The notes under the pieces: model-generated | Seen by the model: only the letters and a program-made list of their open reading frames with translations | Told to the model about the DNA's origin: nothing | Database searches by the model: none | Made by a program: the position numbers and the translations under genes | Source: an uncultured Eubacteriales bacterium | Lineage (GTDB): Bacteria; Bacillota; Clostridia; TANB77; UBA1234 | Reading direction: 5' to 3' | Assembly: GCA_964515475.1 (NCBI GenBank) | Contig: CAZEVD010000001.1 | Location: forward strand, 90,636-154,635 | DNA length: 64,000 bases | Shown here: in pieces, positions 10,204 to 21,112 of the stretch | Layout: every line of letters begins with the position of its first letter | Position numbering within the stretch: position 1 is the first letter of the stretch

Positions 10204-11244
10204 ATGAGCGATAGGATAACTTTAAAAAGTTTATCTGATGAACAAATTGATAAATTAAGTGATTTACAAATGTACAATATAATGTTTGGTCCACTAGTTG
10301 AAAAGAGAAAAATGCTTGATTCATATACTCCAGAACAACTTGATAAAACATGTATTGCAGTATTTGGTGCGACTTCAAAGAAGTTAAGAGATAGAGTTCA
10401 AACAACAATTGATTTTGCAAGAAAAAAGAAACCAGCTGTAGTTTTATTTACTGGTGGATATAGCTGGGATGGTGTTGGAATAAAAGCAGATGGCACTCAT
10501 GTAAAAAAATGGGGAGAATCTACATATATAGATAGAATAATTTATAGAAGCGAAGAGTTTAATGAAGATTTTTCTTTTTTAGAAAGTCAAATAACTGATC
10601 AAATGATTGGTGAATATGTTGGAAAAGTTTTGGAAGATATGTATGAAGACAAAACTTTAAGTGAAAAACTTATGGCTTTATATAATGCGAGAAGTGACGA
10701 ACAAAATGAAGAATCGTTTGTAAAATGGTTTTCAAATAAAACAAAAAAAGAATGGTTAGAAAAAGGATTAATAAATAATTATACGATAAATCAATACATA
10801 ATTAATCGTTTTGCAGAAGCAGATATTATGCAAATGTTTTGGCAACATGAAATGGGAACAACTAACGATGTGCAAATAGAATGTGATAGAAAAGCAAATA
10901 ATACTGCTGAAAATGCAGTAAATTGTGTTGATGTTGTTTCAGAAAAATATGGAGATGTTGATACAATTGCAGTTGTTTCGGAATGGCCATATTTATTAAG
11001 AGCTGTTAGTACTACGAATAAGCCAGCAAGTTTAAGAGGCCTTAAAGTGCTTGCTTTGCCAGCGGAACAATTTAAATATGATAAAAAGACTTGTATGAAA
11101 TTATTAAGAGATGAAGCTAAGAAAATTATAAAATATGATGATGTTGAAGATATTGATATAACAGATTTTATTAAAATGAAAACTCGTATAAAAAATGGTC
11201 CTGAATACGGATTCGATATTGATGATGTGGGTGGAGAAATTTAG
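10204..11244 (+). CDS. YdcF/SanA-like DUF218 domain protein (start chosen at 10204 after the AAAGGAA RBS; ORF track gives 10192)
   Basis: AVVLFTGG...NTAENA pattern resembling DUF218. Confidence 0.35.
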   Translation: MSDRITLKSLSDEQIDKLSDLQMYNIMFGPLVEKRKMLDSYTPEQLDKTCIAVFGATSKKLRDRVQTTIDFARKKKPAVVLFTGGYSWDGVGIKADGTHVKKWGESTYIDRIIYRSEEFNEDFSFLESQITDQMIGEYVGKVLEDMYEDKTLSEKLMALYNARSDEQNEESFVKWFSNKTKKEWLEKGLINNYTINQYIINRFAEADIMQMFWQHEMGTTNDVQIECDRKANNTAENAVNCVDVVSEKYGDVDTIAVVSEWPYLLRAVSTTNKPASLRGLKVLALPAEQFKYDKKTCMKLLRDEAKKIIKYDDVEDIDITDFIKMKTRIKNGPEYGFDIDDVGGEI

Positions 11245-11265
11245 TTTTAGGATGGTGTAAATATA

Positions 11266-13890
11266 GTGAAGAAATTAGTTGCAATAGATGGTAATAGTAT
11301 AATGAATAGAGCTTTTTATGGAATCATGAATGCGAAAATGCTTATGACTTCAGATGGTATGTATACAAATGCAATTTATGGTTTTTTGTCTATTTTGTTT
11401 AAGTTATTAAATGAAGAAAATCCAGATTATATTTGTGTTGCGTTTGATTTAAAAGCTCCAACATTTAGACATAAAAGATATGATGGTTATAAGGCAACTC
11501 GTAAAGGAATGCCTGACGAACTTAGAATGCAAATGCCTGTAATAAAAGATGTTTTGAGAGCTATGAATATTTCTGTTTTAGAAATGGAAGGCTATGAAGC
11601 TGATGATGTTTTAGGTACACTTGCTAAGTATGGTGAAAATAATGAAATAGATGTTTTATTACTAACAGGAGATAGAGATGCATTGCAACTTGTTTCTGAA
11701 AAAGTTACTGTTAGAATCCCAACGACTAGAATGGGTAAAACAGAGAGTACAGATTATTCACCAGAAGTTGTAAAAGAAAAGTTTGGAATTAATCCGATTG
11801 AATTTATACAAATAAAAGGATTAATGGGAGATACTTCTGATAATATTCCTGGTGTACCTGGTGTTGGTGAAAAGACTGCATTTTCACTTATTACTAAATA
11901 TAACAATATTGATGTTATTTATGATGCTTTAGATAAAGGTGAAGAGTTAGAAGGAATTAAAGGAAAACTAAAAGAAAAGCTTATTGAAAATAAAGAACTT
12001 GCATATTTGTCTAGAGATTTAGGTACTATTTTTAGAGATGTGCCTATTGATTTCGAAAATATAGATATTGAGAAAAAAGAATTTAATAATGATAAATTAT
12101 ATGAGTTGTTTATAAAATTACAGTTAAAAACTTTCATTGAAAAATTAAATTTAAAAGGAAATGATTCGTATAATAAATCAGAAAAAATAAATGAAGAACT
12201 AGAAATAGAAGAGTTTGATAAATTAAAGTTAGATGATGTGTCAGAAGTTTCGTATTACTTAGATGGAAATGAATTAGCTGTATATGATGGAAATAGAGCG
12301 TTTTATACATCTGAAGTTACTGAAGAAGAGTTAAGAAAACTTTTTGAAAGTGATACTTTAAAAATTGGATTTGATGAGAAAAAAGATTATTTAAGATTAA
12401 AAAAATCAGATATTAAAGCGAATAATTTAACTTTCGACTTAACTATTGCCGCATATCTTTTAGATCCTTCTAAATCAACATATAAACTAGATGATTTGAT
12501 TTTAGAACAATTAGGTGTTTTGGTAGAGAAAAAAGAAGAAAATGAACAGATAACGTTTGCTGGTTTTGGAGAAACAACGGAAATTAATAATAAGGATACT
12601 TATTGTAAGTATGCTAAGTATATTTTCTTGTGTAAACAAAAATATGAAGAAGAACTAAAAAATAAAAATGAATATAAATTGTTTACGGATATTGAAATGC
12701 CGCTTATGCAAGTGCTTGCAAATATGGAATATGAAGGTGTACTTGTTGATAAAAATATGCTTTCTGAATATTCAGTTTCTTTAAATCAAAAAGTTGAAAA
12801 TTTATCAAAAGAAATTTGGGAACTTGCCGGAACAGAGTTTAATATCAATTCACCAAAACAATTAGGAGAAGTTTTGTTTGAAAAGTTGAATCTGCCAGTT
12901 ATAAAGAAAACAAAAAGTGGATATTCAACAGATAGTGATGTTTTGGAAAAGTTATCAGAAGAACATCCAGTGGTTGAAAAAGTTTTAGAGTACAGAACTC
13001 TTGCAAAACTAAAAGCTACGTATGTTGATGGAATGCTTGCACTAATAAATTCGGATACACAAAGAATTCATGCAAAGTTTAATCAAACTGTAACTGCTAC
13101 TGGCAGAATAAGCTGCACAGACCCGAATCTTCAAAATATTCCAATTAGAACAGAACTTGGAAGAGAACTTAGAAAAATATTTGTTGCAAAAGAAGGTTAT
13201 ATATTTTTAGATGCGGATTATTCTCAAGTTGAACTTCGTGTGCTTGCTCATATGTCTGGCGATGAAAATATGATAAAAGCATTTAACGAAGATATTGATG
13301 TTCACACTTTAACAGCATCGCAAGTATTTAATACTCCAATTGAAGAAGTAACAAAACAAATGAGAAGTGAAGCAAAGGCTGTTAACTTTGGAATTGTTTA
13401 TGGCATAAGCGATTTTGGTTTAGCTGAGAATATTAAAATTTCCAGAAAAAAAGCTAAAATGTATATCGAAAAATATTTTGAAACATATCCTAATATAAAA
13501 GAATTTATGGATTCTTTAGTACAGTCTGGTAAAGATAACGGATATGTTGATACACTATGGGGAAGAAGAAGATATATCCCAGAATTAAAATCTAATAATT
13601 ATAATGTTAGACAATTTGGCGAACGTGTTGCAAAAAATGCTCCAATTCAAGGAACGGCTGCAGACATTATAAAAATAGCTATGGTTAATATTGATAAAGA
13701 ATTAGAAGAGAAGAAGTTAGAATCAAAATTAATTTTACAAGTTCATGATGAATTGGTTATTGAAACAAAAGAAGAAGAACTTGAAATTGTAAAAGAAATT
13801 CTAGTTAGAAATATGGAAAATGTTATAAAAATGAAAGTTCCTTTGGTAGCAGAGGCAAATTATGGAAAAACATGGTATGACGCACACTAA
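11266..13890 (+). CDS. polA: DNA polymerase I
   Basis: 5'-3' exonuclease N-terminus. Pol A motifs [21 protein letters not shown] and [12 protein letters not shown] start. Confidence 0.95.
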   Translation: MKKLVAIDGNSIMNRAFYGIMNAKMLMTSDGMYTNAIYGFLSILFKLLNEENPDYICVAFDLKAPTFRHKRYDGYKATRKGMPDELRMQMPVIKDVLRAMNISVLEMEGYEADDVLGTLAKYGENNEIDVLLLTGDRDALQLVSEKVTVRIPTTRMGKTESTDYSPEVVKEKFGINPIEFIQIKGLMGDTSDNIPGVPGVGEKTAFSLITKYNNIDVIYDALDKGEELEGIKGKLKEKLIENKELAYLSRDLGTIFRDVPIDFENIDIEKKEFNNDKLYELFIKLQLKTFIEKLNLKGNDSYNKSEKINEELEIEEFDKLKLDDVSEVSYYLDGNELAVYDGNRAFYTSEVTEEELRKLFESDTLKIGFDEKKDYLRLKKSDIKANNLTFDLTIAAYLLDPSKSTYKLDDLILEQLGVLVEKKEENEQITFAGFGETTEINNKDTYCKYAKYIFLCKQKYEEELKNKNEYKLFTDIEMPLMQVLANMEYEGVLVDKNMLSEYSVSLNQKVENLSKEIWELAGTEFNINSPKQLGEVLFEKLNLPVIKKTKSGYSTDSDVLEKLSEEHPVVEKVLEYRTLAKLKATYVDGMLALINSDTQRIHAKFNQTVTATGRISCTDPNLQNIPIRTELGRELRKIFVAKEGYIFLDADYSQVELRVLAHMSGDENMIKAFNEDIDVHTLTASQVFNTPIEEVTKQMRSEAKAVNFGIVYGISDFGLAENIKISRKKAKMYIEKYFETYPNIKEFMDSLVQSGKDNGYVDTLWGRRRYIPELKSNNYNVRQFGERVAKNAPIQGTAADIIKIAMVNIDKELEEKKLESKLILQVHDELVIETKEEELEIVKEILVRNMENVIKMKVPLVAEANYGKTWYDAH

Positions 13891-13970
13891 AATATGCTAA
13901 AAAATACTACCAAAATGGCTTAAACTATGATAAAATTAGCAAAGAATTTAGAAAAGGGAGGAGTTTTATA

Positions 13971-14702
13971 ATGTCAGGACACAGCAAATGGCATAATATT
14001 CAAGCTAAAAAAAGCAAAACAGATGCTCAAAAAGGTAAAATATTTACAAAATTAGGAAGAGAAATCCTTGTTGCAGTTAAAGAAGGTGGACCTGATCCTG
14101 CATCAAATTCTAAACTTAAAGACGTAATAGCTAAATGTAAGGCAAATAACATGCCTAATGATAATATTGAAAGAAGTATTAAAAAGGCTGCAGGAGATAG
14201 TAGTGCTGCAAATTATGAAGATATAGTATATGAAGGATATGGACCAAATGGCGTTGCTGTTATGGTTGAAGCTATGACTGATAACAGAAATAGAACAGCG
14301 TCAGATGTAAGACATATTTTTGACAAATTTGGAGGAAACCTTGGAGCATCAGGTGCTGTTGCATGGATGTTTGATAAAAAAGGTGTAATTATAATTGAAA
14401 GAACAGCGACAACACTTTCAGAAGATGATTTAATGTTAGAAGTTATTGAAGCAGGTGCTGAAAACTTTGAAGCTGATGAAGAATTTTATGAAATTACTAC
14501 AGCTCCAGCAGATTTTTCAACAGTTAGAGAATATTTAGAAGGTAAGAGTATTACATACCTAGAAGCTGAAATCAAAATGATTCCACAAAACTATGTTAAA
14601 TTAGATAGCGAAGGTGCTAGAAAAATGTCATTAATAGTAGAACAACTTGAAGATTTAGATGATGTTCAAGATGTATGGCATAACTGGGAAGAAGAAGAAT
14701 AG
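13971..14702 (+). CDS. yebC: YebC/PmpR family DNA-binding transcriptional regulator
   Basis: [15 protein letters not shown]-terminus. RBS GGGAGGAG. Confidence 0.9.
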   Translation: MSGHSKWHNIQAKKSKTDAQKGKIFTKLGREILVAVKEGGPDPASNSKLKDVIAKCKANNMPNDNIERSIKKAAGDSSAANYEDIVYEGYGPNGVAVMVEAMTDNRNRTASDVRHIFDKFGGNLGASGAVAWMFDKKGVIIIERTATTLSEDDLMLEVIEAGAENFEADEEFYEITTAPADFSTVREYLEGKSITYLEAEIKMIPQNYVKLDSEGARKMSLIVEQLEDLDDVQDVWHNWEEEE

Positions 14703-14714
14703 GAGTAAAAAAAC

Positions 14715-15023
14715 GTGGTAATAGTAGATTATACAAATGTAATTGTATTATGTGTTATGATGGTGTTTTTTATAGTGATGGGTGTAATGGGCTTTGTGAA
14801 GAAAAATGCGTGGTTTGTTATGACATCTACAATTGTTTCTTTAGTAATGCTTATTATACATATAGGCTTGGGAGAATTAATTGAAAAACAAGCATTGAAA
14901 TTTAATGCACTTATCGATTTTATAACTCTAGCTATTAATGTACCATTACTCGTAGTTATTGATGAAATTGAAACAAGAAGAGGAGTAATTAAAAAGGTAT
15001 TTGAACACAAGTATAAAAAATAA
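14715..15023 (+). CDS. Small hydrophobic membrane protein, hypothetical
   Basis: Three predicted TM helices. Followed by a terminator at ~15056-15095. Confidence 0.3.
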   Translation: MVIVDYTNVIVLCVMMVFFIVMGVMGFVKKNAWFVMTSTIVSLVMLIIHIGLGELIEKQALKFNALIDFITLAINVPLLVVIDEIETRRGVIKKVFEHKYKK

Positions 15024-15118
15024 ACATACTTTTACCCCTGTGATAAAGTATTCATACCAAGGCACTCAAGATAAATTCTTGCGTGCCGATTTTTTACACT
15101 CAAAAAGGAGGGATTTAT

Positions 15119-15817
15119 ATGGCAAAAAAACATTTATTTTTTGATTTAGATGATACGCTTATAAAGTGTTCGGGTTATTTTTATGACATCATGGATACGG
15201 TTGCGTATAAATTCTTAGAGTACGATTTGGATTACTCCTTAAAAGAAATTAAAGAGTTATTTGATGAAATACAAATGGAAAATATAGCAGAACATGGATA
15301 TGGACCAGATAATTTTAAATATTCATTGATGCAAGCTGGAAGTAAACTTTTAGGATACAACTTTTTTAAAGATAACTTAGCAGAGTTTATAGAGAACGAA
15401 ACAAAAATTTTATACAATCACCCAATAGAACTTATTGAAGGCGCAGAAGAGACAATTAAATATTTATATAACAAAGGTTATAACTTGCATATTTTAACAA
15501 AAGGATCTCAAAAAGTTCAAAAAGATAGAGTTAATAAGTTACCTATAAAAAAATATTTTGATGATTATTATATAGTTAAACACAAAGAAAAATCTGATTA
15601 TGAAGATATTTTAACTTCTTGTAAATTAAGTTCTAAGGATTGCTTTATGATTGGTAATAGTCCAAAAGGAGATATCAATGAAGCAAAGCTTGCAGGGTTT
15701 AATACAGTATATATTCCAAGTGCTGATACATGGTCTTTAGAAGATGAAAAGATAGCTAATACAAAACCTAAAACATATGAACTAGATAATATTTTAGGAT
15801 TAAAAAATATCTTTTAA
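15119..15817 (+). CDS. HAD-superfamily hydrolase (start chosen at 15119 after RBS AAAGGAGGG; ORF track gives 15083)
   Basis: FFDLDDTL motif I. Motifs II-IV: ILTKGS, KPK, GD...A. Confidence 0.7.
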   Translation: MAKKHLFFDLDDTLIKCSGYFYDIMDTVAYKFLEYDLDYSLKEIKELFDEIQMENIAEHGYGPDNFKYSLMQAGSKLLGYNFFKDNLAEFIENETKILYNHPIELIEGAEETIKYLYNKGYNLHILTKGSQKVQKDRVNKLPIKKYFDDYYIVKHKEKSDYEDILTSCKLSSKDCFMIGNSPKGDINEAKLAGFNTVYIPSADTWSLEDEKIANTKPKTYELDNILGLKNIF

Positions 15818-15868
15818 TGGTGTATACTTATTTATGGCGAAAATAATATTTGCGAAAAGGAGATAATA

Positions 15869-16324
15869 ATGAAGGCAGTAGTTCAAAGAGTTGAAAATTC
15901 AAAATTAGTAATAGAAGGTAAAGAATATTCTAGTATTGATAAAGGCTTTTTAGTATTACTTGGTGTTACTCATGAAGATACTGAAAAAGAAGCGAAAGTT
16001 TTAGCTGAAAAAATTTCTAAGCTTAGAGTTTTCGAAGACGAAAATGAAAAAATGAATTTATCTGTTATGGATATAAAAGGTTCATTGCATATAGTTTCAC
16101 AATTTACATTATATGCAGATTCGCATCATGGAAATAGACCAAGCTTTATAAATGCAGCTAAACCAGAAAGAGCAAATGAGCTATATGAATATTTCATAGA
16201 ATGCTGTAAAGAACTTGGCGTGCCAGTTGCTACAGGCTCATTTGGAGCATCTATGGAAATTACATTTACTAATATGGGACCTGTTACAATAATATTAGAA
16301 TGTGTAGATGGAAAGATTTTATAA
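15869..16324 (+). CDS. dtd: D-aminoacyl-tRNA deacylase
   Basis: AVVQRV...SQFTL...GNRPSF Dtd signature. Confidence 0.9.
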   Translation: MKAVVQRVENSKLVIEGKEYSSIDKGFLVLLGVTHEDTEKEAKVLAEKISKLRVFEDENEKMNLSVMDIKGSLHIVSQFTLYADSHHGNRPSFINAAKPERANELYEYFIECCKELGVPVATGSFGASMEITFTNMGPVTIILECVDGKIL

Positions 16325-16370
16325 AATTTAGCAGAAGATACAAAGATTGAATTTGGATAAGGAGAAAATG

Positions 16371-18515
16371 ATGATTACTATTGAAGAGAGATTGGTAAAA
16401 GAATTTAAGTTAAAACCATTTCAAGTTGAAAATGCAATCAAATTAATTGATGAAGGCAACACAATTCCTTTCATAGCAAGATATAGAAAAGAAGCAACAG
16501 GAGAAATGTCTGACGAACAATTACGTGATTTGTTTGAAAGACTTACTTATTTAAGAAACTTAGATAAAAGAAAAGAAGAAGTAATCCGTTTGATTGATGA
16601 ACAAGGAAAATTAGACGAAGAACTTCAAACTAAAATTATTGCTTCTGAAACAATGACAGAAGTTGAAGATTTGTATAGACCATACAAACAAAAGAAGAGA
16701 ACAAGAGCAACTATAGCAAAAGAAAAGGGATTAGAACCTCTTGCAATTATCTTTTGGGAACAAACTGAAAAAGTTAATGTTGAAGAGGAAGCTAGTAAAT
16801 ATATCGATGAAGAAAAAGGTGTTGCTACTGCAGAAGAAGCAATACAAGGTGCTAAAGATATAGTTGCTGAAATGATCTCAGATGTTGCAGATTATAGAAA
16901 AGAAATTAGAAATATCATTTATAGAAAAGGTATGATTTCGTCTAAAGCTGCAAAAGATGAAAAATCTGTTTATGAAATGTATTATGATTACAGCGAAGCT
17001 GTAAATAAAATTCCTAGTCATAGAATACTAGCTATGAATAGAGGAGAAAAAGAAGAATTCTTAAAAGTTAAAATTGAAGAAACAGATGATGAAATTTTAG
17101 CTTACTTGAATGGTGAAGTAATTATCGAAGATAGTCCATATGTGGAAATTTTAACAGATGTAATTGCCGATTCTTATAAAAGACTTATTAAGCCATCTGT
17201 TGAAAATGAAGTTAGAAATGATTTGACTGGAGTAGCTGAAGAACAAGCTATAAAAGTGTTTGGACAAAATGCGAAAAAGTTATTATTACAACCACCTCTA
17301 AAAGGTTTAACAGTTATGGGGTTTGACCCAGCTTATAGAACTGGTTGTAAAATTGCTGTTATTGATGAAACAGGAAAACTTTTAGATACAACAACTGTTT
17401 ATCCAACAGAGCCACAAAATGATGTTGATGGTGCAAAGAAAAAATTATTAGAATTAATTAATAAGTATACTATCAATATGATTGCGATTGGTAATGGAAC
17501 TGCATCAAGAGAATCTGAAATGTTTGTTTCTGATATGATTAAATTAGTAAAACATGATATTTATTACGCAATGGTAAGTGAGGCTGGTGCTTCTGTTTAT
17601 TCAGCATCAAAACTTGCTACTGAAGAATATCCTGATATTAATGTATCTTTAAGAGGTGCAATTTCTATAGCAAGAAGATTACAAGATCCTCTTGCAGAAC
17701 TTGTTAAGATTGATCCAAAGAGTATTGGTGTTGGTCAATATCAACACGATGTTAACCAAACTAGACTTGATGAAAGTTTAACTGGTGTTGTTGAAGATGC
17801 AGTTAATAGTATTGGTGTTGATTTAAACACGGCTACACCATCACTATTAAAATATGTTTCTGGCATTAACAAAACTTTGGCTAACAATATTGTTAAATAT
17901 AGAGATGAACATGGAAAGATTAAAGATAGAAAAGAACTTTTAAAGGTTTCTAAGTTAGGACCTGTTGCATTTACACAATGTGCTGGTTTCTTGAGAATAT
18001 TAGATGGAAAGAACCCGTTAGATAACACTTCTGTTCATCCAGAAAGTTATGAAGCTGCAGAAAAGATTTTAAATATTGCAGGATATGAAGTAAAAGATAT
18101 TAAAGAAAAATTAGGCGAAGTTAAAGCAAAACTTGCAACACTAGATGTTGAAAAGATTGCTAAGGAATTAGAAATTGGTGTACCTACTGTAAAAGATATT
18201 ATTAAAGAATTACAAAAACCGGGTAGAGATCCAAGAGAAGATATGCCGAAACCAATTTTAAGAAGCGATGTTTTGAAGATGGAAGATTTACAAGAAGGAA
18301 TGATATTAACTGGTACAGTTCGTAATGTTATTGATTTTGGTGCGTTTGTAGATATCGGAGTTAAGAGTGATGGACTTGTTCATATATCTGAACTTAGTGA
18401 GAAATTCGTAAAGAATCCAATGGATGTAGTTGCTGTTGGTGATATCGTAAAAGTTAGAGTAATAAAAGTTGATTTAGAAAAGAAAAAAGTTTCTTTATCA
18501 ATGAAAGGCGTATAG
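16371..18515 (+). CDS. tex: Transcription accessory protein Tex (YqgF-like, HhH and S1 domains) (start chosen at 16371 after RBS AAGGAG; ORF track gives 16347)
   Basis: Conserved Tex architecture with a C-terminal S1 domain. Confidence 0.9.
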   Translation: MITIEERLVKEFKLKPFQVENAIKLIDEGNTIPFIARYRKEATGEMSDEQLRDLFERLTYLRNLDKRKEEVIRLIDEQGKLDEELQTKIIASETMTEVEDLYRPYKQKKRTRATIAKEKGLEPLAIIFWEQTEKVNVEEEASKYIDEEKGVATAEEAIQGAKDIVAEMISDVADYRKEIRNIIYRKGMISSKAAKDEKSVYEMYYDYSEAVNKIPSHRILAMNRGEKEEFLKVKIEETDDEILAYLNGEVIIEDSPYVEILTDVIADSYKRLIKPSVENEVRNDLTGVAEEQAIKVFGQNAKKLLLQPPLKGLTVMGFDPAYRTGCKIAVIDETGKLLDTTTVYPTEPQNDVDGAKKKLLELINKYTINMIAIGNGTASRESEMFVSDMIKLVKHDIYYAMVSEAGASVYSASKLATEEYPDINVSLRGAISIARRLQDPLAELVKIDPKSIGVGQYQHDVNQTRLDESLTGVVEDAVNSIGVDLNTATPSLLKYVSGINKTLANNIVKYRDEHGKIKDRKELLKVSKLGPVAFTQCAGFLRILDGKNPLDNTSVHPESYEAAEKILNIAGYEVKDIKEKLGEVKAKLATLDVEKIAKELEIGVPTVKDIIKELQKPGRDPREDMPKPILRSDVLKMEDLQEGMILTGTVRNVIDFGAFVDIGVKSDGLVHISELSEKFVKNPMDVVAVGDIVKVRVIKVDLEKKKVSLSMKGV

Positions 18516-18541
18516 TATAAAATTTAGAAGAGGTGTAAGAA

Positions 18542-19150
18542 ATGTTACAAATAAAAAATCCAAAGTTTGAAATATCTGTAATGAATAAATCACAATATCC
18601 TAAAAATAGAATGCCACAAATAGTGTTGGCAGGAAAATCAAATGTAGGAAAATCTTCATTTGTTAATTGTTTGATTAATAGAAAGTCTTTGGCTAGAACA
18701 AGTAGTGAACCTGGAAAAACAAGACAAATAAATTTCTATAACATGGATGATATATTCTATTTTGTAGATTTGCCTGGATACGGTTATTCAAAAATGTCTA
18801 AAGCGGAGCAACAAAAACTTGGACCTGCAATAGAATCATTTTTGAAGAATTCAAAAAATATAAACTTAATAATTTTATTAATAGATATCAGACACAAACC
18901 TTCTGAAAACGATAAGATGATGATGGAATTTATTAAAAATACGGGTAACAGATATATCGTAGTTACATCTAAAGCTGATAAGATTGCTAAAACAAAAGTT
19001 CAATCTTACGTAGATGATATTGCTAAAGAATTAGATGTTGCGGATGATTTGATATTTGCTTTCTCTTCTGAAACAAAATTTAATAAAGAACTTATTTCTG
19101 ATGTAATTGCTGAGTCTTTGTTAACAGCAAAGACTTGGGATGAAGAATAG
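18542..19150 (+). CDS. engB: Ribosome biogenesis GTP-binding protein EngB/YsxC
   Basis: G1 GKSNVGKSS, G3 DLPGYG and G4 TKADK motifs. Confidence 0.9.
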   Translation: MLQIKNPKFEISVMNKSQYPKNRMPQIVLAGKSNVGKSSFVNCLINRKSLARTSSEPGKTRQINFYNMDDIFYFVDLPGYGYSKMSKAEQQKLGPAIESFLKNSKNINLIILLIDIRHKPSENDKMMMEFIKNTGNRYIVVTSKADKIAKTKVQSYVDDIAKELDVADDLIFAFSSETKFNKELISDVIAESLLTAKTWDEE

Positions 19151-19246
19151 GTCCAAACGGGGACGTCCTCAATTGGACACCAAATAATGCTTAAATTATT
19201 TATTACTTTAGGCAAGGTGTCCAATTGAGGACGTCCCCGTTTGGAC
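19151..19246. repeat. GC-rich perfect palindrome A with 31-bp arms
   Basis: GTCCAAACGGGGACGTCCTCAATTGGACACC (19151-19181) is exactly complementary to 19216-19246. It begins at the first base after the engB stop codon. Confidence 0.9.
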
Positions 19247-19257
19247 ATTTGGACAAA

Positions 19258-19295
19258 ATAAAACCACGGCACGCAAGGGGCGTGCCGTGGTTTTC
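19258..19295. terminator. Bidirectional terminator between engB (+) and the FtsH-like gene (-)
   Basis: AAAACCACGGCACGC-AAGGGG-CGTGCCGTGGTTTT perfect stem, flanked by A and T runs. Confidence 0.8.
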
Positions 19296-19308
19296 AAATG
19301 TGTTTATC

Positions 19309-20700
19309 TTATCCTTCAGCAGAGATAAGAATCTGTTTGATTTCATCGCCCATAAGGACTTCGTGCTCCATAAGAGCTTTTGCGAGAGCTTCGAGAGCTT
19401 TGCGGTGTGTCTTGACGATTTCGAAGGTCTCTTCTTCAACCTTCTTAAGATACTCCTGTGCAACCAATTCTGTTTTAGTAAAAAGATTGTTGGAATAGAA
19501 TCCGTAATCTTCGTCAATAGAGATAGGACCGATATCCTTATCCATACCGAAGTTTTGGAACATGGCAAGTGCCATCAAAGATGCGGATTGGAGATCTACA
19601 ACTACGCCAGTAGTATTTTCACCGTAAATAAGATCTTCGGCTGCTTTACCACCAAGAGAATAGATGATTTGTTTTCTACAGTCGCTTTTGAACATGGAGA
19701 ACTTTTCTTCACCGGCTTCTTCCTGAGTAAGACCAAGAGATGCAGCACGAGGAGTAATCTCAACTCGACCCAGAATATAATCGGGGTTAGAGTAATATGC
19801 TGCGATAACGTGGCCAGCTTCATGATAAGCAGTGGAAAGACGCTCTTTTTCGGTCATCTGGTTATAGGTCTGACCAGCTTCCAAAGCGAGCATGACTTCG
19901 TTAAAGTCTTTAGAAGTGACAACTTCCTGATCCTTACGAGCTGCGTAGAGAATCGTTTCGCGAACGATGAATTCGATGTCCTTGGGATACATACCAAGGG
20001 TGTTTCTTGCCAATCTTTCTGCCGAGACATCAGGGCTCAGCTCAGGTTTGTATTTTCCGAAGTATTCTTCGAAGAGTGCGGTACGCGTTTTGAGCGTAGG
20101 CGGCATAATCTGGATAACTTTATTCTTAGAGAATACGTTCGGAGAAAAATATGCGTTGGGCAGAGCAATCTGCTGCTCGATTGTGGACAAAACGACAATT
20201 GCGTTAGATGCGTTTGCAATCTTTTGTGTCAACTGATTGTGGAACAACATAAGCGATTCGGGTTTGAGAGCGTTGATAGCGCTGTAGTTCTGAATGTGAA
20301 TGACGCATCCTTTCGTGAAGCTCTTCGCAACATCGAAGATAGTGTCGACCAGTTTTTTCGCGCGGCGCGGGAAAGAAACGAAAGAAGACATATCTACAGT
20401 GATAAGCGGAATGCGAGCTTCTTTAGCTAAAGAAGAAACAAGGAGCGTTTTGCCAGAACCTGGAGCGCCTGCAAGCAGGAAACGCGAGTGCGGTGCGTGA
20501 ACGGGATCTTCACTATAGTGCTTGAGATTTCTGATGTATCTCAAAGCGTCGGTGAATTCCTCGCGTTCATTTTCCATACCAACGAGCTGCGACATTTTCT
20601 TCTCAATTTCTTTGGGCAAAGAGATATGAATGTAGTGCTTCTCGAGGTAGGAAATCTTCGTGTTGATTTTGACGTTCTGAACGTTTGACAAGAGCCTCAT
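19309..20700 (-). CDS. Soluble FtsH-like protein: AAA domain with degenerate Walker B plus M41 zinc-metalloprotease domain (HEAGH), with no transmembrane segment
   Basis: Walker A GAPGSGKT. The Walker B position reads GCVIHIQNYS, with no D-E. HEAGH is present, and FtsH-like GGKAAEDLIYG lies downstream. RBS AAAGGAGG 8 nt before the ATG at 20700. GC is about 47% against about 29% for the neighbourhood. Confidence 0.7.
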   Translation of the reverse strand: MRLLSNVQNVKINTKISYLEKHYIHISLPKEIEKKMSQLVGMENEREEFTDALRYIRNLKHYSEDPVHAPHSRFLLAGAPGSGKTLLVSSLAKEARIPLITVDMSSFVSFPRRAKKLVDTIFDVAKSFTKGCVIHIQNYSAINALKPESLMLFHNQLTQKIANASNAIVVLSTIEQQIALPNAYFSPNVFSKNKVIQIMPPTLKTRTALFEEYFGKYKPELSPDVSAERLARNTLGMYPKDIEFIVRETILYAARKDQEVVTSKDFNEVMLALEAGQTYNQMTEKERLSTAYHEAGHVIAAYYSNPDYILGRVEITPRAASLGLTQEEAGEEKFSMFKSDCRKQIIYSLGGKAAEDLIYGENTTGVVVDLQSASLMALAMFQNFGMDKDIGPISIDEDYGFYSNNLFTKTELVAQEYLKKVEEETFEIVKTHRKALEALAKALMEHEVLMGDEIKQILISAEG

Positions 20701-21112
20701 AAACGGAATACCTCCTTTATGTTCGAAATATTTATGTGCCTTTTGAACTCCCTTATTATATATGCCTGAATACATAAAAGTCAATGTCAAAAACAGTCAA
20801 AAAGAGGAGAAAAAACTATTTTTTTAACGAATAAAATTTACATAATTTTTATAGCTAAAATTGAAGGAAAAATATGGTTAAAAGCTTAGGGAAATACAAA
20901 GTTTACAGATTTTGAATACAAAACAACTTAACATAAGAATGAGAAGAGGGTTGAAAAAATCAAAAATTTTCTTTTTTACGGAAATAGCACATTTAAAGCA
21001 AATGGCGGTTTGACGGGTTGTTTGGTGTTGACTCGTATGCTAAAATTAATTTATACAAAGTAAAAATGTATAATTTATGTATACAAATTATTTTTGAAAG
21101 GAGTGATTTCAG

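Noticed and set aside
19225-20430. 401-aa + strand ORF, and other + strand ORFs in 19298-20688
   Set aside because: They are antisense to the FtsH-like gene, have no RBS or motifs, and are an artefact of the GC-rich sequence lacking stop codons.
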